The notes: a model not told the origin generated them from the letters alone. 64,000 bases of DNA from Acidimicrobiales bacterium (GCA_050015175.1 JBEKBX010000004.1:56104-120103); one strand, 5' to 3'. Shown: positions 49,775 to 60,027, counted from the first letter of the stretch. Made by a program: numbers and translations.

Positions 49775-50575
49775 TCAGGACTTGGGTCGGACCTCGAAGC
49801 GCCTCTGCCCGAGCACCGGCAGCGCGGCGCGCACGGAACTCACACGTTCGGACGAGATCTCGGCGGTCGCCACGCCGTCGGTCTCGCCGAGCCCGACGAC
49901 CTCCACGCCCATGGGGTCGAGCACGAGGCTGTGCCCGCAGTACGAGGGCGGTGGTTGCGCGGCTGCGAGCAGGTACGAGGTGTTCTCGATCGCGCGTGCC
50001 CGGCACATCGTCATCCAGTGCTCCTGCTTGAGGGGCCCTGCGACCCAGGCAGCCGGCACGGCGAACACGGTGACGCCCCTGTCCGCCAGGGCGCGGAACA
50101 GCTCCGGGAAACGCAGGTCGTAGCAGGTCGCGACGCCAACGACGAATTCGCCGAGGGGCAGCACCAGGAGCTCGTCGCCGTCGATCGGCCCTGGTGCCAG
50201 CGTGTCCGACTCCTTGTGGCCGAGGGCGTCGTACAGGTGGAGCTTGCGGTAGCGGCCTAGGAGCCCTTGCGGTCCGATCGCGACGACGGTGTTGTACACC
50301 CGCGGCTCGCCGGCCACTTTCTCGAACATCCCGGCGATCGTCGTCACTGCTAGAGCGGACGCGGCCCCGGCCAAGGCAGTGACGAAAGGTCCGTCGAGAC
50401 TCTCGCCAGCGCGGGCGAGCTCGGGGGCAGGTCGGTCGAGAGGGTACATCGCGGCCTCGGGCAGGACGACGAGCTCGGCTTCGTCGCCGGCGGCATTCCT
50501 GAGGAGGTCCAGTGCGTGTGCGCGATTGGCCGCGGCATCAGTCGTGGATGCGAACTGGGCGACGGCGACTTTCAC
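49775..50575 (-). CDS. Carbon-nitrogen hydrolase (Nit1/deaminated glutathione amidase-like)
   Basis: LPE, YRKLHLYDA, TCYDLRFPE, ARAIEN. GTG 50575. Confidence 0.88.
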   Translation of the reverse strand: MKVAVAQFASTTDAAANRAHALDLLRNAAGDEAELVVLPEAAMYPLDRPAPELARAGESLDGPFVTALAGAASALAVTTIAGMFEKVAGEPRVYNTVVAIGPQGLLGRYRKLHLYDALGHKESDTLAPGPIDGDELLVLPLGEFVVGVATCYDLRFPELFRALADRGVTVFAVPAAWVAGPLKQEHWMTMCRARAIENTSYLLAAAQPPPSYCGHSLVLDPMGVEVVGLGETDGVATAEISSERVSSVRAALPVLGQRRFEVRPKS

Positions 50576-50723
50576 GGGGACACCTCCGCAACGTGGTGTC
50601 CCAACAGGATGACATGCCGTCGCAACCCGCGTCCGGCCACGTGCGGAGCGTCCTAGGCCACCCACACGCGGAGTCAAACGGACCCAGTGCCGGGCCGAGG
50701 ACCGGGCCCGGCAGAATAGGGCC

Positions 50724-51278
50724 ATGGAAAGCACACAGGCCCGGACGGCGTTGCTCGTCATCGACATGCAAGAAGCGGTGCTCGCCGGATGCACGGATGT
50801 TGCCGGCGTGGTCACGAGGATCAACGATCTGCTGCGGCGTGCCCGCGAGGCCGGCACGGCGATCGTGTTCATCCAGCACGGGGAGGCAGACGACCCCGAG
50901 CTGGCTCCCGGGAGCCCGGGGTGGCAGCTCGCCGGGGCCCTGGACCGGCTCGACACCGACACCGTGGTGCCCAAGTGCTACCGGGACAGCTTCGCCGACA
51001 CCGGTCTCGCCGAGGAGCTCGCGAAGTCGGGAGCGCAGAGGCTGGTCCTGACCGGTGCGCAGTCGGATTTCTGCGTGCAGACGACCGCGCTGTCCGCCCT
51101 CGCGCGCGGCTATGACGTCACCCTGGTAAGCGACGCCCACACGACGTCGCCTGCCGCCCTGGCCGATGCCGCCCTGGACGCCGAGGCGGTCGTCGCGTTC
51201 GTCAACAGGCGGTTCGAGACCTTGCGGTACCCGGGCCGGAGCATCGAGGTGCTGCCCGCGGCCGAGGTCCTGCTCTAG
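50724..51278 (+). CDS. Isochorismatase-family cysteine hydrolase
   Basis: LLVIDMQ, K...DSF, GAQSDFCV, DAHTT. Confidence 0.88.
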   Translation: MESTQARTALLVIDMQEAVLAGCTDVAGVVTRINDLLRRAREAGTAIVFIQHGEADDPELAPGSPGWQLAGALDRLDTDTVVPKCYRDSFADTGLAEELAKSGAQRLVLTGAQSDFCVQTTALSALARGYDVTLVSDAHTTSPAALADAALDAEAVVAFVNRRFETLRYPGRSIEVLPAAEVLL

Positions 51279-51302
51279 AGGGGAGCGTCGTCGGACGGCC
51301 GG

Positions 51303-52256
51303 CTACCTGCCGAACACCTCCGGGTTGACCGTGTTCGAAGGACGGCGGCCTGCGAGCACATCAGCCGCGGCGGTGGTCGCGAGCCGCGCCATCGCCAGGC
51401 GGGTCGCGAACGAGGCGCTGCCCACGTGCGGCAGGAGCACGGTTCTAGGGGCGGCGAGAAGCCGCGGGTGGACGATCGGCTCGTTCTCGTAGACGTCGAG
51501 GCCGGCGGCGAACAGTCGCCCCGACTCGAGCGCGGCGGCAAGGGCCTCCTCGTCGACCACAGGCCCCCGAGCAGTGTTGACCAGGACAGCGGTCGGCTTC
51601 ATGAGCCCAAGCCTGCGGGCGTCGATCAGATGGCGCGTCTCGGGGGTGAGAGGCACGTGCAGGCTCACGACGTCGGCGACCGCCAAGAGGTCGTCGAGCT
51701 CGGTGACACAGCCCTCTAGACCGGTCGGCCGCCGGTCGTGATGGAGCACGCGCATCGAGAACCCCTCGGCGCGCCTGGCCACCGCCCGGGCGATGCGGCC
51801 GTAACCGACCAGACCGAGCGTCGCGTCGTGCACGTCCCGGCCCAGATAGGCGTCGAAGCGCATACCGGTCCACCCACCGTTGCGCAAGTCGCGTTCGGCC
51901 TCGGAGAGCAGCCTGGACGCCGCCAGGATGAGGGCGAACGCGAGGTCGGCCGTGGTGTCGTCCAGCACTCCGGGCGTGTTGCACACAGCGACACCGGCTC
52001 TGGTCGCGGCAACGACGTCGACGTTGTCGTAGCCGACCGAGACGGTGGCGACGACTTCCAGGCGCGACGCGGAGGCGAACACCGCCTCGGTGATCCGGTC
52101 CTTGAGCTGGCAGACGATCGCGTCCACGTCCCGGGCCGCCTCGGCGATCTCGTCTGGGGTCAGGGAGCTGCCGGGCTCCGGACTTATGAGCTCGTGGCTA
52201 GCGAGCGGATCGAGCGCGCCGTCCGGCAACGGCGAGGTGAGGAGGATCCGGGCCAT
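51303..52256 (-). CDS. D-2-hydroxyacid dehydrogenase (glyoxylate reductase-like)
   Basis: VGYDNVD, NTPGVL, GYGRIA, LHVPL, NTARG, LDVYENEP, PHVGSA. Confidence 0.9.
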   Translation of the reverse strand: MARILLTSPLPDGALDPLASHELISPEPGSSLTPDEIAEAARDVDAIVCQLKDRITEAVFASASRLEVVATVSVGYDNVDVVAATRAGVAVCNTPGVLDDTTADLAFALILAASRLLSEAERDLRNGGWTGMRFDAYLGRDVHDATLGLVGYGRIARAVARRAEGFSMRVLHHDRRPTGLEGCVTELDDLLAVADVVSLHVPLTPETRHLIDARRLGLMKPTAVLVNTARGPVVDEEALAAALESGRLFAAGLDVYENEPIVHPRLLAAPRTVLLPHVGSASFATRLAMARLATTAAADVLAGRRPSNTVNPEVFGR

Positions 52257-52590
52257 CGGGTGTCGAGTCTGCCACGACCCACCGGCCGCCCGCGCCAGGA
52301 AGCCGCCGACACGGGCAGTGGGTGGGTGGTGAGGGCGCCAGCGCCAACGAGGCCGCTCGCTGGCACCCCCTCCACCGCGGTACCCGGCACTTAACCCCCC
52401 GGTCGCGCCAGGTACGAAGTGTCGATACCGTATTCGTCCCGGGCCGGGTAGTCAATGGTCGGTTTGACCGAATCGATCCCGTTCCGGGCAAGGACGCCCG
52501 CCGGCCGTGGCCGGCAGTACGCTCGTTGCGATCGCGGCGTGATCGGACGCGGCGAGAGGAATCGTTTGGCGGAGGGTGGGTGAGCTGACA

Positions 52591-53460
52591 ATGCGTAAGA
52601 CCGTTGTTGTCGTGATGTTCGCCGTGATCGGACTCGGTCTGACTGCGGCCGGATCGGCAGCTTCGCCGGCATCGCCGACTAAGGCGCCGCTCAGTGCCAC
52701 GGCCTCGTCGTGCTCTTACGCGGCGGTTCAGCCCGACTTGTTCAAGCGCAACCAGCTCACCGTCGCGACCGACAGTCCGGCTTACGAGCCGTGGTTCTAC
52801 AACAACACACCTTCCAACGGCAAGGGCTACGAGAGTGCGGTGGCGTACGCGGTCGCGAAGCAGCTCGGCTTTACCAAGGCGCAGGTGAAATGGACCGTTG
52901 AGCCCTTCGACGCTTCGTTCGCGCCGGGGCCGAAGAGGTTCGACTTCGACATCAACGAGATCTCTTACACCGCCGAGCGCGCCACCGTGGTCTCGTTCAG
53001 CGTCAGCTACTACGCCGTGCAGCAGGCGCTCATCGCCCTCAAGAGCAGCCCGATCGTCAAGCGCCACACGCCGGCGGAGCTGCGCACCTACGTTTACGGC
53101 GACCAGATCGGCTCGACGAGCCTGGCCTTCATCAACACCGAGCTCCGGCCCTTCCACCAGCCGTCGGTGTTCAACACGCTGAACGATGCCAAGTCCGCCC
53201 TCCAGGACGACCGGATCCAGGCACTGGTGGCCGACACGCCGACTGCGCAGTACATCAGCTCCTCTGAGATCCCGAACTCGGTCCTCGTGGGTCAGTTCCC
53301 GAGCACGGGGGAGCACTACGGGCTGTTGTTCGCCAAGAACGACTCGCTTGTCGCGTGTGTGAACAAGGCGATCGACACCCTGAGAGCTGGCGGATCCCTT
53401 GCGAAGCTCCAAAAGGAGTACCTAGGCATCTACACCTCCGTTCCGACGATCAAGCCGTAG
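52591..53460 (+). CDS. Amino-acid ABC transporter substrate-binding protein
   Basis: Signal peptide; ATDSPAYEPWF, GYESAVAYAVA, FDFDINEIS. Confidence 0.88.
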   Translation: MRKTVVVVMFAVIGLGLTAAGSAASPASPTKAPLSATASSCSYAAVQPDLFKRNQLTVATDSPAYEPWFYNNTPSNGKGYESAVAYAVAKQLGFTKAQVKWTVEPFDASFAPGPKRFDFDINEISYTAERATVVSFSVSYYAVQQALIALKSSPIVKRHTPAELRTYVYGDQIGSTSLAFINTELRPFHQPSVFNTLNDAKSALQDDRIQALVADTPTAQYISSSEIPNSVLVGQFPSTGEHYGLLFAKNDSLVACVNKAIDTLRAGGSLAKLQKEYLGIYTSVPTIKP

Positions 53461-53484
53461 GCACGGCCACAGGAGGCGGACCGG

Positions 53485-54429
53485 TTGCCCGCACGGGGGA
53501 GTCGCGAGGGCGCCTACCTAGACCCACAGACACCGCTAGCGACCGGCGCGCCCCCGCCCGGAAGCTTCGCAGGCAACGGCAGGGGGTCTCACCTGCTGGG
53601 CGGCCAACGGGCGGCCGCGATATCCACCGTGAGCACCGTCGTGTTCATCGGGGGAGTCGTCGCCCTGTTCGTGTTCGCGCCCGGTGCCGCGGCGGTGCGG
53701 CACACGTTCTTCAATCCGCAGCAGATGAAGCAGGCGTTCCTCGGTGACCCGAGCGAGGGGCTCTACTCGGTCGGCAAGGGGCTCATTTTGAACATCGAGA
53801 TGTTCCTCATCGCCGAGGTCCTGATTCTCTTCTGCGCTCTTTTGATCGCGGTGCTGCGCCAGCTGCACAATCCCGTGTTGTTCCCGTTCCGCATGTTGGC
53901 CGTCGTCTACACCGACGTCTTCAGGGGAGTGCCGCTCATCATCGTGATCTACGGCATCGGCTTCGGCGCTCCGGCCCTTTACATACGCGGCATCTCCACC
54001 CAGTCCGATTTCGTCTACGGGATCGCCGCGCTGGTGTTGTCGTATTCCGCTTATGTGGCGGAGGTCTACCGGGCAGGCATCAACTCGGTGCACCAGAGCC
54101 AGGTGGCGGCGGCCCGATCGCTCGGGCTGTCGCAGTGGAAGTCCCTGCGCTTTGTCGTGTTGCCGCAGGCGGTCCGCACCGTGATCCCGCCACTGCTGAA
54201 CGACTTCATAAGCCTGCAGAAGGACACCGCCCTCGTGTCGACGCTCGGCGCGGTGATCGAGGCGAACCGAGCGGCGCAGATCGACTCCTCGACGCTGTTC
54301 GTGTACTCGTCGTACACCGTCGCCGCACTGTTGTTCCTTTGCCTGACGATCCCCCTCGCCCGGTTCACCGACCGCCTGATAGCCCGTGACGTGAGCCGTC
54401 GCCTGGCGGGGGGCGGAGCGATCAGATGA
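53485..54429 (+). CDS. Polar amino-acid ABC permease
   Basis: FRGVP, YSAYVAEVYRAGI, AARSLGL, LPQAVR, KDTAL. Confidence 0.92.
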   Translation: MPARGSREGAYLDPQTPLATGAPPPGSFAGNGRGSHLLGGQRAAAISTVSTVVFIGGVVALFVFAPGAAAVRHTFFNPQQMKQAFLGDPSEGLYSVGKGLILNIEMFLIAEVLILFCALLIAVLRQLHNPVLFPFRMLAVVYTDVFRGVPLIIVIYGIGFGAPALYIRGISTQSDFVYGIAALVLSYSAYVAEVYRAGINSVHQSQVAAARSLGLSQWKSLRFVVLPQAVRTVIPPLLNDFISLQKDTALVSTLGAVIEANRAAQIDSSTLFVYSSYTVAALLFLCLTIPLARFTDRLIARDVSRRLAGGGAIR

Positions 54430-55283
54430 GCGAGCCCGGCATCACCTCGGACTTTGGCGGCGCCCAGGCGGGAGGGACGCAGACGGGTGGAGCGCCGATC
54501 GGCGACATGGTTCACCGCGTGGCCCCGGACCTCTCCGGCCAGGAGGCCGTCCGGCTCGAGGACGTCCACAAGTCGTTCGGAGCGCTCGAGGTTCTGCGCG
54601 GAATCGATCTGTCTGTGGCTGCCCACGAGGTCATATGCCTCATAGGTGCTTCGGGATCGGGCAAGTCCACTCTCCTTCGCTGCGTGAACTTGCTGGAGCC
54701 GGTAGATCGTGGCCGGATCATCCTCTGGGGCCAGGATGTCACGGCGTCGGGCGTCGACGAGAACGCGGTGCGGCGTCACATAGGCATCGTCTTCCAGTCC
54801 TTCAACCTGTTCCCGCACATGACCGTGCTCCGCAACATCACGCTCGGCCCTACCCGCGTGCTCAAAGTCCCACGCGACCAGGCTGAGGAGGCGGGACGTG
54901 CGCTGCTAAGCCGTTTCGGCCTCTCCGAGAAGCAGGACGACTATCCCGACCGGCTCTCCGGTGGCCAACAGCAGCGGGTCGCAATCATCCGGGCCCTTGC
55001 GATGCAGCCGGGAATCATGCTCCTGGACGAGGTGACGAGCGCACTGGATCCCGAGCTCGTGTCCGAGGTGCTGGGAATCATCCGCGAGCTCGCGACTGCC
55101 GGCATGACCATGTTGATCGCCACCCACGAGATGAGCTTTGCCCGGGACATCGCGGACCGGGTCTTCTTCCTGGACGAGGGTGTGATACTCGAACAGGGGC
55201 CACCGGATCAGGTGTTCACCGCGCCCGTCAACAGTCGTACTCAGCAGTTCCTTCGCCGGATCGTCGACGCGGGTCGGCTCTGA
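54426..55283 (+). CDS. Polar amino-acid ABC ATP-binding protein
   Basis: GASGSGKST, LSGGQQQRV, LDEVTSALDPE, THEM. Confidence 0.93.
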   Translation: MSEPGITSDFGGAQAGGTQTGGAPIGDMVHRVAPDLSGQEAVRLEDVHKSFGALEVLRGIDLSVAAHEVICLIGASGSGKSTLLRCVNLLEPVDRGRIILWGQDVTASGVDENAVRRHIGIVFQSFNLFPHMTVLRNITLGPTRVLKVPRDQAEEAGRALLSRFGLSEKQDDYPDRLSGGQQQRVAIIRALAMQPGIMLLDEVTSALDPELVSEVLGIIRELATAGMTMLIATHEMSFARDIADRVFFLDEGVILEQGPPDQVFTAPVNSRTQQFLRRIVDAGRL

Positions 55284-57115
55284 CGGGGAAGGTGCCCCCT
55301 CAGGGGGACGACCGGCTCGAGGGTGAGGATCGCTTCGAGCGCTTCAGGGGCGATCGGCTGCGAGAACAGAGACCCTTGCCCGAACTTGCAGTGCTCGTCC
55401 TGCAGGTTCGCGAGCTGCCAGCCCTGCTCGATGCCTTCGGCGAGGGTCTGGATCCCGAGCGTCTGGCCCAGCTGCACAAGAGTGTGGATGGAGCTGATCG
55501 CTTCTTCGGACTCCCCCATCGCGGCGACGAAGGACCGGTCTATCTTGAGGGCGTCGATCGGGACCTGGCGGAGGCGGGCGAGAGTCGAATAGCCGGCGCC
55601 CAGGTCGTCGACGGCGACGAGCACTCCGAGCGCCTTGAGCTCGCGCAGCCGGCGAAGCATGGTCTCCATGTCCTTCATCAAGCTCTGCTCGGCGACATTC
55701 ACGATGAGCGATCTGGGCTCGAGCGCCGTGGCCGAGAGGGCCGCCTGGACCAGGTCGACGAAGTCCCCCGCCTCGAGCTGACGTGTCGAGGCGTTGATCG
55801 TGATGGTCAGGTGATGACCGAGCCGGTGCCACGCGGCGGCTCGCCGGCAGGCTTGTCTGAGCAGCCACGACCCGACCGGGGCGATCAGTCCTGTCTCCTC
55901 GAGCACCGGCATGAACGACTCGGGTTCGACGATGCCCCGGACCGGGTGTCGCCAGCGCAAGAGCGCTTCCACCCCGCACACGCCGACGCTGTCGAGCTCG
56001 AATATCGGTTGGTAGAGGAGGAAGAACTGGTTCTCCTGGAGGGCCTCCCGGAGATCGGCCTCGAGCTCGAGGCGCTCCATCGCGGCGGTCTTCATCTCCG
56101 GCTTGAACCGGACGTGGCAATTCCTCCCCTGGGCCTTCGCCTGGCAGAGCGCGATGGCAGCGTCGCGGAGGAGATCGTCCGGCTCGTCCCCGTCATTGGT
56201 CGCGATGCCGATACTTGCCGTGATCGGGATCGGGATGTCGATGAACCCCTCGACTCTGAAGGGTTCCTTCATGGCGTCCAGCAGCCTCTCGGCGAGCAGT
56301 TCCGGCCCTGCGGCAAGCGACAGTCCCTCGGCCAGAATTGCGAACTCGTCCCCGCCGGGCCGTCCGACGGTGTCGCTCGCCCGGAGAACACCGGTGAAGC
56401 GGGCTGCCACCGCCTTTAGAAGCTCGTCCCCGGCCTGTTGCCCGAGGGTGTCGTTGACCGCCCTGAAGTTGTCCAGATCGACGAGGAAGGCGGCGACGCG
56501 GAAATGCTCCCGCTGACAACGCAGCAGCATCTGCTGGAGGCGGTCACGAATGAGCGTCCGATCCGGGAGGCAAGTCAGGCTGTCATGGCCTGACAGGCGG
56601 CGACGATGGGCGTCGTTCCGGTCGCGGAGAAGCTCGTTCTCCCTCTGGACGGACAGGTCGAGGATCACGCCGTCTACCCAGAGGGGCCGCCCTGCAGAAT
56701 CCGCGACACCCCGGCCGTGCTCGGCGACCCATCGCGAGGAGCCGTTGGCGTGCAAGAGGCGGTATTCGAGCGAGAACGAGCCGCCTCGGCCCAGTGCTTC
56801 CCGGACGACGTCGCGCACGTGCTCGCGGTCGTCGGGACAGATGATCGATTCGAAGGACCGGACGTTCTCGGTCATGAACTCGCTCGCCGGGTAGCCCGTG
56901 AGCACTTCGATGTGATCACTGACAAAGCGCATCGTCCAGGGTTCGACGCACTCGCGACGGTAGACGGCACCCGGTATGTTGGCGACGAGAGACCTGAACT
57001 CCTCCTCGCTACCGCGTTCGGCCACCTTGGCGTTCGCCGGTGAGGGATGCTCGTCGGCCGGTACGACTTGGTTGAAGAGTGTCACGGGACAACTCGCCTC
57101 AGGCCAGCGGACCAT
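55241..57115 (-). CDS. PAS-GGDEF-EAL protein
   Basis: PAS/PAC (IPGAVYR, LEYRL, RWV), RASD-x5-GGDEF, EALLRW, DDLGAGYS, KID, AEGIE. Start placed downstream of the predicted promoter. Confidence 0.9.
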   Translation of the reverse strand: MVRWPEASCPVTLFNQVVPADEHPSPANAKVAERGSEEEFRSLVANIPGAVYRRECVEPWTMRFVSDHIEVLTGYPASEFMTENVRSFESIICPDDREHVRDVVREALGRGGSFSLEYRLLHANGSSRWVAEHGRGVADSAGRPLWVDGVILDLSVQRENELLRDRNDAHRRRLSGHDSLTCLPDRTLIRDRLQQMLLRCQREHFRVAAFLVDLDNFRAVNDTLGQQAGDELLKAVAARFTGVLRASDTVGRPGGDEFAILAEGLSLAAGPELLAERLLDAMKEPFRVEGFIDIPIPITASIGIATNDGDEPDDLLRDAAIALCQAKAQGRNCHVRFKPEMKTAAMERLELEADLREALQENQFFLLYQPIFELDSVGVCGVEALLRWRHPVRGIVEPESFMPVLEETGLIAPVGSWLLRQACRRAAAWHRLGHHLTITINASTRQLEAGDFVDLVQAALSATALEPRSLIVNVAEQSLMKDMETMLRRLRELKALGVLVAVDDLGAGYSTLARLRQVPIDALKIDRSFVAAMGESEEAISSIHTLVQLGQTLGIQTLAEGIEQGWQLANLQDEHCKFGQGSLFSQPIAPEALEAILTLEPVVPLRGHLPRQSRPASTIRRRNC

Positions 57116-57197
57116 GGGGGCAACTGCGCCGCCGTTCGGCGGGGCGGCAGCAGTGCCGGCAACGAGCCAAAGACTGCACGGACGTTCATCAAGAGAA

Positions 57198-57224
57198 TTG
57201 TCGGCGCCAAGTGCCGGAACTTGA
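57198..57224 (-). promoter_or_regulatory. Sigma28 (FliA/WhiG)-like promoter
   Basis: Minus strand reads TCAA-N15-GCCGACAA. Confidence 0.6.
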
Positions 57225-57338
57225 CAAGTACAACGGTTGTCAGCCTCGGATTTCGTCAGGCTCCGCGACACGATCCCTTCGGCGCGTCCGGCTCCCGGCC
57301 CGTGCGGTCGTCACGGATCCGGAAAGCGCGAAGCCCTG

Positions 57339-58796
57339 TCAACCCGACGGTGCGACGACGGATCCCGTCGGCCATCGGCCGATGCCGCCGTTCTCGAGGA
57401 GGAAGTTCGTGACCTGACGATCTGCGTGCTCCGCCCGCCAGGCGAGCATCGACTGTGCGTAGCCGAGGATCCGTGAGGGGTCGTCGACCTCGGTCCGCCA
57501 GGTCGGGTCGACACTGATGTCATAGCAACGCCAAGATCCGTCCCCGAACTGGACGTAGGCCCCGTCTTCGAAACGACGCACGGCGAGGTTGTTCCGCTCC
57601 AGGCGCCTGTCCCAGGGCCAGTCGAAGGCGCCGCCCGGAAGGCCCAGGTACCGCCAGTCGAACTCCCAGGCCGCAGCCGAGCGCCACCACGGCGGAGGAC
57701 GTCCCTCGAGGAACGCGGTGAGCGGCAGCCCGTCGCACTGCGCTGGGATCTGGAGGCCCAGCGCCTCGCATATCGTCGGGAAGTAGTCGATGTTCTCGGT
57801 GAAGGCCTCGACGACGGTCCCGTGAGCCCCCGACAGCCCGGGTGCGCGAACGATGCCCGGAACCTTGTAGCTCTCCTCGAAGTAGCCGAGCTTGTTCATC
57901 AAGCCGTGGTCCCCGAGCTGCTCGCCGTGGTCCGATGTCAACAGTACGAAGGTGTCCTCCCACTGGCCCAGTCGCTCAAGGGCTTCGAGAACCCGGCCTA
58001 CCTGGGCGTCGACATCACCGATCATCCCGTAGTACTGGGCCCGCATGTGCCGCAAGGAGCCCTCGTCCGTCGGGGCCGCCACTTCCGGCAGGCGGAGAGC
58101 CTCCTCGTGAAACCGGTGGCGGTCTTCGGAGGGCGCGATCGGCATGTCGACGTCGTCCGGACCGAAGGCTCTGGCCCAGTCGCCCGCAGCGCTGTAGGGA
58201 GGATGGGGCCTCAGGTAGCTCAGGTGAGCGAACCAAGGACGGTCCCGTCGTTCGAGCCACTCCAGGTAACGGTCGGTCAAGAAGGCGGACACGCCGACCT
58301 CCTCGGGCCGGTCGGGCTCGGTGGCCAGGGCCCCTAAGACTTCCGAAGGCACGTCGTAGCCGAGGTCCCGCAGCCATTCGGTCCATCTCGTGTGCTCGCC
58401 TGTGAGGTCGAGCGCGACCGTGAAGCCCGGCAGCACGCCTTCGTAGCTGGAAAGGCGCGGATCGTCGGGCGACCGGACAATTCGTGGATCGACTCCCTGG
58501 TCCGTGTAGCCGAACAGTGTGGGATCGAGCCCGGCCCGCCGGCCGGCGCGCGCCAGGTTGTCCAGCCTGTCGTCGAGAGGGGTGCCGTTCGCGACGACCC
58601 GGTTGTTCATCTGGTACGTCCCCGTGTAGAGGCAAGCGCGTCCCGGCGAGCAGGGCGCGGCCTGGCTGTAGTGGCGGGCGAGCCTGACACCCGAGGCGGC
58701 GAGACGGTCGAGGTTCGGGGTGCGGACCACCCGATGGCCGGCTGCCGACAGGCAGTCACCCCGGAACTGGTCGAGCGTCACCAAGAGCAGGTTCAA
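57339..58796 (-). CDS. Sulfatase-like hydrolase (phosphonate monoester hydrolase-like)
   Basis: DQFRGD, TPNLD, CSPGR (CxPxR), LFGYTD, LRPHPP, SDHGEQLGDH; TTG start with GGAGG RBS. Confidence 0.85.
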   Translation of the reverse strand: MNLLLVTLDQFRGDCLSAAGHRVVRTPNLDRLAASGVRLARHYSQAAPCSPGRACLYTGTYQMNNRVVANGTPLDDRLDNLARAGRRAGLDPTLFGYTDQGVDPRIVRSPDDPRLSSYEGVLPGFTVALDLTGEHTRWTEWLRDLGYDVPSEVLGALATEPDRPEEVGVSAFLTDRYLEWLERRDRPWFAHLSYLRPHPPYSAAGDWARAFGPDDVDMPIAPSEDRHRFHEEALRLPEVAAPTDEGSLRHMRAQYYGMIGDVDAQVGRVLEALERLGQWEDTFVLLTSDHGEQLGDHGLMNKLGYFEESYKVPGIVRAPGLSGAHGTVVEAFTENIDYFPTICEALGLQIPAQCDGLPLTAFLEGRPPPWWRSAAAWEFDWRYLGLPGGAFDWPWDRRLERNNLAVRRFEDGAYVQFGDGSWRCYDISVDPTWRTEVDDPSRILGYAQSMLAWRAEHADRQVTNFLLENGGIGRWPTGSVVAPSG

Positions 58797-58969
58797 TCGG
58801 CCTCCGCATCGATCGAGAGTCCATCACCTATGACGGCGTACGGAGCGTACCGTCCGGTGTCTCACGTATCGCAGATCAGGCAGGAATGCGGTCGAGTCGG
58901 TCGAGCACTTCCGGAACGTCTCCGAGTCACCGCATTTGTCCCTTGCTCACTTGGCTCAGAGTGGCATTC

Positions 58970-58997
58970 TTAAGTCTGTTCGTCTCCTGGACGATAT
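58970..58997 (+). promoter_or_regulatory. Sigma28-like promoter, probably leaderless
   Basis: TTAA-N16-GACGATAT ending 7 nt before ATG 59005. Confidence 0.45.
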
Positions 58998-59004
58998 ATA
59001 AGGC

Positions 59005-60027
59005 ATGGGAACCACGAGGAAGCCGAAGAGAAGGAGCGTCGTGGGCGATCCTCACGAAGACCTCGAGTCTCGGCCGGCGGTGCGCGCCCCCGGTCATGCG
59101 AAGAAGGCCCGCGACGTCGTGGCGCTGGGCGCGGAGGAGACGCTTGACGTCGTCGCCAAGGACCCGGAGGATTCACTCGAGGTCGTCACGCTCGAAGCAG
59201 TGGAGACGCTCGGCATCGCCAAGGACCCGGAGGATTCACTCGAGGTCGTCACGCTTGAAGCAGTGGAGACGCTCGAGGTTGTCGCGCTCGGTTCCGTGGA
59301 CGGCTCGCCAGACGAACAGCGGCTTGCCGAAACGCGCCGGCGCGTCGAGGGGCTGCCGGCAGAAGGTTCGATTCACGTCGTTTTCCAGCCCATCGTGGAC
59401 CTGGCCACGACCAAGGTGATCGGGTACGAGGCGCTCGCACGCTTTCCAGGGGACTCGAGCGTTTCGCCCCGGACGTGGTTCGCGGAGGCTGCCGAGGTCG
59501 GGCTGCTGCTCGAGGTCGAGATGACCGCCATCCGGGCGGCTCTCGCCAAGCTCGAGCGTCTGCCGTCGGACGCTTTCATCTCGGTCAACGTGTCGCCGGC
59601 GACGGCCGGATCCGACGAGCTTCGGGACGTCCTTTGTGGCGTGGACCCCAAGCGCGTCGTTCTGGAGATCACGGAGAACGCTGCCGCCGGAGACTACGAG
59701 GAGGTCAGCGAAGCTGTCGGCGCCCTCCGCGCCAACGGCGTTCGGATCGCCATCGACGACACCGGGTCGGGTTCGGTGAGCTTCAACAGCCTGTTCGACG
59801 TCCACGCGGACATCATCAAGATCGACATCGACGTCACCCACGGGATCGCCTCGGACCCGATGAAAGAGGCGATGGCCTCCGCTCTCAAGGCGCTCGCAGA
59901 CCGCTTGGGCGCCATGAGCCTTGCGGAAGGCATCGAGACCGAGGAAGAGCTCAACCTTCTGAGGGGAGTTGGTGTTCAGGCAGGTCAGGGGTACCTCTTC
60001 GGCCGGCCGGAGCCGGTTGCCGACTAG
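59005..60027 (+). CDS. Stand-alone EAL domain phosphodiesterase
   Basis: FQP, EALARF, NVSP, LEITE, IDDTG, KID, AEGIET, GQGY. Confidence 0.88.
   Translation: MGTTRKPKRRSVVGDPHEDLESRPAVRAPGHAKKARDVVALGAEETLDVVAKDPEDSLEVVTLEAVETLGIAKDPEDSLEVVTLEAVETLEVVALGSVDGSPDEQRLAETRRRVEGLPAEGSIHVVFQPIVDLATTKVIGYEALARFPGDSSVSPRTWFAEAAEVGLLLEVEMTAIRAALAKLERLPSDAFISVNVSPATAGSDELRDVLCGVDPKRVVLEITENAAAGDYEEVSEAVGALRANGVRIAIDDTGSGSVSFNSLFDVHADIIKIDIDVTHGIASDPMKEAMASALKALADRLGAMSLAEGIETEEELNLLRGVGVQAGQGYLFGRPEPVAD
59153..59275 (+). repeat. 63-bp in-frame tandem duplication
   Basis: Near-identical units starting at 59155 and 59218, encoding AKDPEDSLEVVTLEAVETL. Confidence 0.9.

Noticed and set aside
52257-52590. 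Riboswitch or T-box upstream of the amino-acid ABC operon
   Set aside because: Only short hairpins; no SAM, T-box or glycine consensus recognised. An Rfam search would settle it.
55241-55283. 43-bp overlap of convergent 3' ends
   Set aside because: The overlap involves only non-conserved tails, which is common in high-GC genomes.
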